A stretch of DNA of 64,000 nt. Origin: Azolla caroliniana (Eukaryota > Plantae > Polypodiophyta). Below, piece by piece: positions 50,767-60,155 of this stretch. The first letter of the stretch is position 1. Each line of letters begins with the position of its first letter. A program made the position numbers and the translations under genes. The stretch lies in contig JBHGNT010000001.1 in NCBI GenBank assembly GCA_043228905.1, positions 20,646,001-20,710,000 on the forward strand, written 5' to 3'. The notes under the pieces are model-generated. The model had not been told where the DNA came from. It did not search any database and saw only the letters and a list, made by a program, of their open reading frames with translations.

Positions 50767-50803
50767 AACACCGGTTCATTTGAAACAGGTAATATGTCGT
50801 ATT
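50767..50803 (+). repeat. Left terminal inverted repeat
   Basis: 34/37 identity to the reverse complement of 58320-58356; preceded by GATA. Confidence 0.93.
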
Positions 50804-51529
50804 CTCTTTTGGCATAGTTGGCCAGATGTAGAAAAGTACCCTATTTTAGCCTAATATCGAAAATATACAATGCATGCGTACCCCTTTTGCGACTTGATGG
50901 TTAAATATAGAGCAAAAAAAACCTAGCAATTACTAAATTGTATATGTGTTCACATTCGTGTCAATTTGCATATCATGGAGCACAATTGAAGACTTGGTTC
51001 AATATAAAGTTCTAAAATTGGTATCCATATTCAAATTGTAGAGTAAAACTACATAAACCGTAATTATAAATATGTGGTTTTGGGTTTAGGAATAAAGTAG
51101 TACCCCACTTGTTGGACGGGTATATCGATAGTTTCATTGTATAATGTCATATAGTTCATGACAATGTAATTGGTAAGAGTAACAATTACGTACGACATTC
51201 ATTTATACTATGTGGAACCAGTAGACTTGAACCGTAGGTAACTAAAAACCTCTTATTATCAAAAACATTTGCCTTTTCATATACAGTCATGCTAACGGAA
51301 ATGAGAAATTACGATATCATTTTAATATCTCAAACTGAAGAAGAGCATGGTGACCAATTATATGTAAATACAAACTACGGTTCCAATAATGATTAAAAAG
51401 GGAAATTATGAACAGGTGAATTTAATTAAACGATAAACAATTACAGATGTTCTCATATACAAATATAATATGAAGTGATGGTGAACATTATGCCTCAAAA
51501 TCCTCAATTTTTACATTACGCCATCTACA

Positions 51530-54500
51530 TCAATCTATAAGCAAATCAGGCAGAGCAGGCTCCTCTGGCGCTGATTGTTCTAGACTGTTTTCATTCGTGT
51601 CATCTCCAAGCTCTCCCGAATCTGATGTATGGTCAAACTGTGCTACATCTTCCAGGTCCACCAGCTCCCCTGCTTCTTCATCAATTGGTTCCATTGGTTC
51701 TCGTGAAGTCATCTGGAACATCTCTGTCTTGTTGATGTGTTTTGCTCCGACTTCTTGATCCTGATCTGGACAGTCCCAGATTCCTGTGATCCTCATTTTG
51801 ATGAAGTTAACTTGAGCAGGGTCCTTCTCCAATGCAACACAGTTTCTAAACATCTTCAATGCACAAGCTGTCATTGTACCTAATGGTCGCATGAACACAA
51901 ACAAGTATATATAAGAAGTAACGTCTTAAACTTGATCGACAGGATTGAAATTAAATATATATATTATACCTGTGCCAGAGAACAAGTCTAGGACCCAATC
52001 ATCTGGATTCGAGAAGAGCTCTATGAGGCGGTTGATCAATCTTTGAGGTTTTTGATAAGGGTTCACCATACTTTTATCCCCTGACACATGTCTTAATTTT
52101 TTGGTTACAGCTGGGCACATGATGTAGTTAACCACGTTACGCTCATTGACATGTGCTCTAGCCTTCTTCTTTGTAATTGAATCATAGTAGCCCACACAAA
52201 AATGTTCGACCACACTAACCATTCGATCGCCAGGGCTACGTGTAATATTTGTTTTGATCCTATAGAGAAAGAAAATCAAGTATTAGAGGTGTAAATGTGT
52301 ACATATAATAAGAAGTACTGTAATGAGTAAAAGCGAACTATAACGCACCAATGCATGTGTTCAGTGGCATGACAACGGGACTTCAAAGCTGTTGTGACTG
52401 ACAGTGATTGCCCCATGCTATGAAATATGACTATCCTCCACAAGGGGGCCAATGTCAGTTCTGTGAAATCCTTTACCATTTTCTCGATCTGAGGGTACTT
52501 GAAAGGCACATCATCATATGTTGATCCCGCAATACGGAAACCATATGGTATGTCAGCTATCAGCAAAGTGTAGTGCCTTCTCGGTAACAGTTCGAGCATC
52601 TGGGATACTTCGCCATTGAAAACACTATAATGAAGCTGTTTGAAAGGATCGGACCTATGCAAAAAACTCTTTACAGTCTCCGAATCCTCGGGCTGTTCCA
52701 TTTCCTTCCCTTTGGTCATTCTCTTCTCATATTTCGCACGTTCTAAGTGTGTGATGAAGCCCGCTGGAATACCGTCATTATTGTCATTGTTCTTTTTCGA
52801 TTTTGATGGTTTCTACAAGTGTCATTGTTATTAGCAGGGAACATTAGTTTCTAACATATCAACATTCAAAAGACACATACCCATTCTCTAAATACAATAA
52901 AATATTCCTCCAATGCCTTGTAGGAAGAAGTTATCGGGCAGGTTTGTTCAACTTCTTCCCATGTCGGTAAACTCAGTTTTTGCATCATCAACTCCTGAAT
53001 CTTCATGTATACCTTGTGACTGCACAATCAATATGAAATTAGAAATAAGATATTCAAAATAATTGAAGACTTTCATGAAAAGGTATACTATAAACACTTA
53101 CTTTTGCAAGTCTGTTACCATCTCGTCCAAACTAAATTCCTTGGCGACCACTCGAGATAGCACGGATATTAACAATCTATCATCTTTGATACCTTGTAAT
53201 GATCTCTAAGGTAAAAGTTTCATGTCCTCTGCTAACTCCTCGATTACCAAGTCGCTTTTTCCCTTGGTCTTTGATTTCATCTCAACTTGTGGATCAATTC
53301 TTCCCTTTTTTTATCTTTGCCCCTTGACTTCTTTCCGCTCCCACATAGAGAATATTTTGTCTTGGAGATCCCACACCTCTCCGGTCCGAAAAGCTAGTTG
53401 AAACCAAGAATCATATTTTCGGAGACCTTCGGATTTGGTACTCTCATCCATTGCAATCCCTACTTCCAATCAACACTGGCGTCGCAATCCAGGCCACAAT
53501 CTTGGACCAAAACGATTCAAGGCATCCAGGTATTCATGATGAAAAAATCTTATCCTCTCTATACATGACATCTTTTGCCTATAATCGTTGTCATTATTAT
53601 GGTCCCATGCGAGCAGCTTCGCCTCCTCGTGAGTTAGTCCTACATATACCTTACATTCGGCGTACTTGAAGAACGGCGTGAGAGGATATTCTTTGACAAG
53701 CTGTCGTCGAGCTTCGGCCGAATGTGATCCTCCGATTACATAGTATGTGTAATCGTCTGCAGAGCTATACTTGAAATCTGCTACTGTTGGGCATTGTTCT
53801 TGATCAACCATTACCAAAAATGGCACCACAGTAGCGTGAGGATTGATTTTCATTTTGCTTTTCAGGTTTTGCACATGGACGGAGTGCGGCTCCCTAATTT
53901 CCAAGGGACGTCTTCCAGTCACGGGGTCAATGGGGGGCCTTTGGATAGAAGTAATGGGCAAATGAAATAGCTGGCCCCTGCGCACAAGTTTAGTCTTCAC
54001 AATATTTTCTCTTATTTTATTTTGTTCTGACGTCAGGACACCAGAAGATAGTTGTCCGCCTGGAGCCACGACGTCGACTTGTTGGTCGTCTTCTTCTTCC
54101 ACGAACTCTAATATTTCTTCTTCTTCTTCGGGTCGTGGTCGTTTAGTATATTTCTTTTGAACAAGATTTGTCTTCCTAGACTTTTTCGGTGGAGTTTCTG
54201 CTTCACCGGTCATCATCTCTCCTGTCACGTACGGCCGAAGAGCTACCAACAAGTTATTTTTCGTTTGCAAGTCTTTACGCAAAGCCTTGGGATTGCAAGA
54301 TTCGGGTACTAGGTTTCCCTCATCAAGTCGCAATCGCTTGTTGCCAACTGAGCTCGAGACGTCGATTAAAATACATGTAGAATCAATGTCTTCGTACTCT
54401 AGCTTGGTTACATGCCCGTAATTAAATGTTTTTCCAAGCTGAAGTTTCCCTTCCCCGTCCGATTTTGCCGTTATCAATAACAGCACCCCATCCTCCTCGA

Positions 54501-55059
54501 CATAAGAGAGACACCATTCAAGTTCGGGGTAATCCTTATATTTCACCTCAACCGTTTTCTCCTCTTGCATACTACCTTGTTGATTTTGGTAGTAGCCAAA
54601 GATGACTTGGATCCTCCTTCCCCCGTTGAGTCAAATAAAATCTTTTTACTCGTGTCCTTGATGAAGGAGCCAGATTCTCGTTTTGTCAGAGATCGAATCT
54701 TCAATCTAAAAGAAGGAACTTTTTGTCTTGGTTCACTGAAATTAAAAACGTTGGTGAAAACATAGAAACAACGTACAATTTTATCTAAATCACGCAAATT
54801 ATCATTTAAATTACGTCAATTTTATGGTCCCATGCGATAGTTTTTTATCGCAAAAACAGCATTGTTTTCAACCAAAATCCGATGCAGTGCATCGGATTTT
54901 GGTTGAAGGTCCTCCCTTTCAAAATTGCTTTCCAAGTTCGTTGTACAAAATAAAATAAAATTTCTATGTGTTGAGGAAAGGAATCTTTAAGGAATCTTTA
55001 GGAATCTTAAAAAATGTAAAGAATATTACTAACTTGACAATTTTCTTTCCCTTGTTCAT
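51530..55059 (-). pseudogene. Spliced ParB/Srx-like domain plus beta-class N6-adenine/N4-cytosine DNA methyltransferase (N6_N4_Mtase-like); this copy has 3 nonsense codons
   Basis: Phase-consistent GT-AG exons: (55059-55034), 54735-53102, 53019-52881, 52812-52349, 52259-51970, 51879-51530. Motifs YYVIGGSHSAEA...EAKLLAWDHN (ParB-like), LLIADIPYG, HWIKTN, PYQKPQRLINRLIELFSNPDDWVLDLFSGTGTMTACALKMFRNCVALEKD. Stops at 53470, 53311 and 53206. Probable 1-nt frameshift near 54587. Confidence 0.88.
54867..54907. repeat. Perfect 41-bp palindrome (20-bp arms, 1-nt centre)
   Basis: ttcaaccaaaatccgatgca-g-tgcatcggattttggttgaa. Confidence 0.95.
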
Positions 55060-55356
55060 GGTTCGTGCCAGAGGTAGTGATGTCGACGATGTGCTTCTAA
55101 GTGCTCGAAAATTGGCCTGTGCTCTGAGCTCGATGGATTCTTTCACGTGATAATGAAAATGAAATTTCTAACCTCCTTATATAGAAGACTTTAGCATTCC
55201 TTTTAAAATAAAAAATAATTTTTAATTATTTGTTTTTTAGGAATATTTCGGAAAATAATATAGTTAATCTAAGTGTTCGGGTAGTTATATAGTTAGGCTT
55301 TAGCATTCCTTAATTTTCTCAAAAGAAGGTTTTAGAATACAGTTAGACTCCCTCAA
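55060..55356. promoter_or_regulatory. Putative bidirectional promoter region between the methyltransferase and transposase genes
   Basis: ~300-bp AT-rich spacer between divergent starts. TATA-like TATATAAG (minus, ~55175-55182) and ttatatag (plus, ~55285). Confidence 0.45.
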
Positions 55357-58029
55357 ATGTCTTCTTCTACAAGTAGAACATCTCTTTTTTCTATTGCCCC
55401 CTTTTCATTGTCAGACAACTCGTATTTCTCAATAGAAGAGTACGACCACAAAAAACATTTGCAGCTTAAACAGAAAAGTGTGGCTCCTAGTACTTCGAAT
55501 TCTCTGTTTTCAATTGATCCTGTTGATGGCTCTCTTCATGCAAGCTTACAAGCGGACGATTCTTCGTCGATAGATAACAATAGCATTACTAAACCTCTAG
55601 CATTTAAAAGAGTTCCTCGACAAGTTAGTGAAAAGAGATTTAATTTCTTATGTTCTGATCGTCAACTTCTATACGACTTGAACAAATCGTGTTGTGCGAA
55701 TCTCTGTCTATCAACTTATGGAAAGTCAAGGTTACGTGAAACACGACAAAAATACTTGTCGCTTAATGGGGAAGAGCAAGATACATTTCTTCTTGCGCAT
55801 ATGCAACTTAAATTGGATCACAAAGCAGGGCCTAATTCAACGCAAGTTGAATATTTCCTTGGACTAAATACCAAGTGTTGTCGAGCAGCTTTTAAAATCA
55901 CTCATAGCATTAGAAATATGCGGCTGCAACGAGTTCAAGAGTGACTTCTGAAGGGCTCCTGGGTACAGTTCGATCAAAAAGGTTCTGGATGTAAGGGTCA
56001 AATTGGGCAACAGGCCATTAGGTGGATGGAGGTATATTTTTCAAAACAGTGCGAAGTTATGCCAACGACAGGAAGACTTCATTTGTCAGATAACTTTACT
56101 CGAAGGGAAGTTTACCAATCGTACAAGGACGACATGTCTTCCGATGTTGAGCCTTACATACAGTACAGGCATTTTAATCGACTATGGAGGTTACAATTTA
56201 ATAACGTGGTTATCCCACGAAAGGTGCGATTGGGAGTCTGCTCAATATGTGCGAGTTTAAAAAGTATGGCTAAGGGTGGAAAATCAGATGTAGAGATCAA
56301 GAATTACAAGAACCTGTTAAAAGAACATCGTGAAAGTCAGGCATTGGAACGTACTAAGGCTATGCATCACCGACAAAAAGCGTTTCAATCTCCCGAAAAG
56401 TATATGTGCATGATTATTGACGGCATGGATCAAAAGAAAACTTGTTTGCCGCATTTTCAAAGACTCCCCAAGGATATTGGAGATGAGTGTCTCGTGCAAA
56501 TGCATCTAGTGGGTTGTTTGACATATTGTCAAACTATAAGACCGCAAGTGTTCTTAACTTATCCCAATATCCACAATGACCCTAATCTTACTGTCACTGT
56601 CATGCACGGGGTATTGCAATCATGGTCAGGTATACTCCCGCCAGTTCTATATGTGCAACTAGACAACACAGCAAAAGAGAATAAGAACTCAACTGTCTTC
56701 GGCTATCTAAGCATGCTAGTAGAGAGGGGCATATTTAAAAAGATAAAGGTTAACTTCTTGTTGGTTGGTCATACCCATGATCACATAGATCAAATGTTCA
56801 GTAGGTTCTCAAAGAAACTTGCTCGTTGTAATGCTTTCACACTTCCCACGCTATCCAAATTGATTAGTGAAGCATATACACCAAAGCCTGAAGTACAACA
56901 CTTGGAAGAAGTATACGACTTTAAACGTTTCTGCATGGATAGTGACGGGACTAAAGGTAGGGTGCTTGCACCTCTTAATAATATAAGTTTCAACCATGTC
57001 TTCCTCATAAAACAAAGATCAGCCCACCTGAAGATGACGGTGTTGTTTGCGAAACAATACTCATCTAGTGCACAATGGGAGCCCCAAGAAGGTTGTAGGC
57101 TCCTTCTTCATATCCCAGATGAACCTCTACATGGTGCACAACAAATGCCATATGATGATCGTAAAAATGTAGCACCAAATAGTACTATTGATGAACAAAG
57201 GGCATATTGGTTGAGATGTCTAGCAGAGAAACAAAATAATATTGATCGGACTAAGAAGTATGCCGGTGATGAGGATGTTGAATGGTGGGAGATTTTCTTC
57301 ACCCATCAACGCACCATTTTAGATAATTACATCGTCGGTTTATGGCCAATCCGTATCCCATTCACATGGAACATTGGGATGACATCAACGATATCGCAGA
57401 CTCATCACCAACAATCGAATAATATGGAGCTTCATGATTTAGTTCGGTCACTGCAAAGAGATATTTATGTGGGACCAAGAAAGTCACGTACTGTTGAGGC
57501 AAGATGGCAAGGTAATTTGCAAGAACTACAAGTGGGAATGTTGGTTGCAACATTAGCAGGGGACGATACCTTGGGCCATCCATTTTGGATTGCAAAAATT
57601 ATTGAATTAGTAAGGGATGAAGAAAGTAGTCAGACAAAGTCAATAGTAGTCCACTGGTATCAGACAAATTCACCTGATGCATTTACAGGAAAGTATTCTT
57701 TAGAGATGGTTAAGGATGTCGGATGTTCAAGTAGAAAGAGAAGAAGAAAGAATATACCGAGCACGGCTACTCTCGCACTAGACCGTGTTGACATACTAGT
57801 ATATGACTTCTCATTGACAAAATCAGGTCATCTAAGACAAGCAACTATCAAGATAATAAAGGAGAAAATCCCAAACATGGTGTCAAACGAAATACAGAGA
57901 ATAACCAGAAGCAATTCTCATAACCACAAAGATGTTGGGTTGGAATTGGATGAGGATAATGCTTTGATTGCCACTGATGATGAGGATGAGACGTCCGAAT
58001 GCTCTTCTAGTCCATCAGACATGTCTTAA
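55357..58029 (+). pseudogene. Sola1-like DDD transposase (~890 aa), intact except for one in-frame TGA at 55942
   Basis: ORFs 55357-55944 and 56026-58029 share a frame and the gap is open. Motifs CSIC...H, IIDGMDQKKTCLP, LYVQLDNTAKENKN and FLLVGHTHDHIDQMFS supply three candidate catalytic aspartates. Confidence 0.88.
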
Positions 58030-58319
58030 TATATTGGTTTGGTTCAAGCTGGGGATTGTTTTACTACATGATCGGAAACTTTGTAAATTTGTTTTGGATG
58101 TAAACTCACGAATATGTATAATTGTAACTGGTAGACATGTTGTACATTATTTTGTAATTTTGGTGATGTATTTTTGGAGGCATTTTACTTATGCCTCAAA
58201 GTGGTAGTCATGTTGAAATTTAATATATTTTGCCACCTTTTCTGAAAAGCTTTACGCATGCGTCGTGTCTTTTTGAAAACTGTGTGCTTTTGTGCCCTTT
58301 TTCGACGTAGTGTTCTCAT

Positions 58320-58356
58320 AATGCGACATATTACCTGTTTCAAATGACCCAGTGTT
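58320..58356 (-). repeat. Right terminal inverted repeat
   Basis: aatgcgacatattacctgtttcaaatgacccagtgtt followed by GATA. Confidence 0.93.
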
Positions 58357-58700
58357 GATATCGACTACCCCTATACGGTTGTCGATTATTCCTATCTTGC
58401 CGGGGTGAAGCATCCTGCTCATAACTACTTCAACTATCATGTCTATAGTCATCTTCCCGTCGGTAGTCATTGTATCGGTCGTCACGTGATTATAATCGAG
58501 CCGATAGTGATCATCATATCTTGGTTTACCATCCTCTTGAAACCGGTCCCCCGACCGATTCCGGTCCTCGAAGAGTCGGCATGTGGGTGTATATGTCGGA
58601 CTAGTGTTGCGACTTTATTGAGTAAATTGTTCTCGCACTGATCGACTACATGTGCCCTAGAATGGCAGATCATAAATTGCATTCCTGCATAGAATGTGTC
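58357..58700 (-). mobile_element. Gypsy-like gag fragment (upstream half of the interrupted host element)
   Basis: ICHSRAHVVDQCENNLLNK knuckle and an R/D-rich linker that joins in frame to sequence left of 50763. Confidence 0.7.
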
Positions 58701-58734
58701 GTATTAAGACATGTTGTACACTAGATGGATTATC

Positions 58735-59716
58735 GAAAAGAATGTCATTTTTACATCTAGCTGAATCAGCTCCAAATCTTCGGTTGTCACAATGCCGAGC
58801 ATAAAGTGAAGGGTCGTTATTTTCACCACTGGTGAAAAGATCTCGTCAAAATAGACGGCATTATCTTGTCGGAAACCAGATGCCATGTGGCCAAATCGGT
58901 TGATGCTGATGTTTCTTCGTATGACATCAGTTTGCCTGCGTCCATTAAGAAGACTCCAGGATAGTACCTCTCCGGGGGTTGCACAGTCTCTGGATCTTCG
59001 AGGTATGATTGGATTGATCACATCGAATTCGGATGGTTCAAAGCCGAATCATTCGGCTGCACCGAGTCGGTCGGTGCCAGAGGATTCAGTTACCCCTGAA
59101 GCCAACCTCGTGTAATGGGTTGGACCTTCATGAAGGCTTGGCACGTTTGAAAAAGTTACCCTTCGGACTTCAATAGGCCTTTCAGTCATCTTGTGCATAG
59201 CCGACTCATTGAACACTATGTCTGAACTTCGAAAGATCTGTTTGTGCTCGAGGTCCTAGAGTCGGTATCCGATCTCGCCATTTGGTCCATAACTGAGGAA
59301 AATGCATTTCCTAGAGCTTGGTTCAAGTTTGTAGCGGTCGTCTTTCAGTATGAGGGTGTATGCCTCGCACCCGAAAATCCTCAGCTTGTCATAATTCGGC
59401 TTGTTGCCGGTCCATAACTCCTGAGGGATTCGAAGTCTTAGAGGCCTACTCGGCGACATGTTAATTATGTGTACTGTTATAAGTAGGGCCTCTGCCCAGA
59501 AGCCATCCAACAGTCCGAAGTGTTGGAGCATGGATACTATCCGCTCTTGAACTGTTTGATTAATGTGCTCAGCAATTTAATTCTGCTCCGGACTATGTGT
59601 TGTTGTGTATTCACATCTTATGCCACGTAGATGGCAAAATTTGACGAATTCGTCTGACTTATACTCCCCTCCATTATCGGTTCGAAGGCATTTCAGCTTT
59701 CAACCAGACTAGTTCT
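58735..59716 (-). mobile_element. Copia A-family integrase/RT fragment with internal deletion
   Basis: Aligns with 2600-3745 (FWAEALL, KLRIFGCEAY, FDEIFSPVVK). Interrupted by the LTR at 59717. Confidence 0.9.
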
Positions 59717-60014
59717 TGTCATGATATGGCCAAATGAACCCATGACCTTATGTTACATGGTTCAAGCCCTTGCCATTAGACTATATATTGTAATACAAAG
59801 GATATTATTTTCATTTATTTTTTCACTATAAAAAATTGATGTATATTTCCAAATTTCTCTTGAACTTTCTAGAAACTTCAGGAGTACTCCTGAAAACACT
59901 ATAAAAGGAGGCACAAGGCATTATTTCGAACCAAATCGGTTCAACACCAGTCTTAAGCCTCATAGGTACTCTTGTACTTACTCTTCATATAATATAATAG
60001 ATCTTTTGTTATCA

Positions 60015-60056
<42 letters not shown>

Positions 60057-60141
60057 GAGTTCTACACCCTTTTCTCTCTCTTAGTACTAATTCTCATATT
60101 TTAGTACTAATTCCCTCTTTGTCTTAGTATTGTTCCTGACA
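59717..60141 (+). repeat. 5' LTR (425 bp) with TATA box and (TC)n tract
   Basis: tgtcatga...tcctgaca termini; tataaaa at 59900; TC run at 60018-60054. Confidence 0.85.
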
Positions 60142-60143
60142 GT

Positions 60144-60155
60144 TTGAACCGATTT
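60144..60155 (+). promoter_or_regulatory. Self-priming PBS complementary to the LTR R-region start
   Basis: ttgaaccgattt is the exact reverse complement of aaatcggttcaa (59933-59944). No TGG tRNA-type PBS is present. Confidence 0.8.

Larger units (their letters stand above)
50767..58356 (+). mobile_element. Complete Sola1-like DNA transposon (7,590 bp) carrying a ParB-DNA methyltransferase cargo gene
   Basis: TIRs aacaccggttcatttgaaacaggtaatatgtcgtatt (50767-50803) and the reverse complement at 58320-58356 match at 34/37. TSD GATA at 50763-50766 and 58357-58360. Encodes a DDD transposase. Confidence 0.93.

Noticed and set aside
51530-52719. Three separate small genes (ORFs 52276-52719, 51926-52279, 51530-51904)
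   Set aside because: They are consecutive exons of one methyltransferase domain joined by phase-compatible introns.
51530-54570. Bacterial contamination or a restriction-modification operon
   Set aside because: The MTase is split by GT-AG introns, lies within TIRs and a TSD in a plant retroelement, and has no partner nuclease gene.
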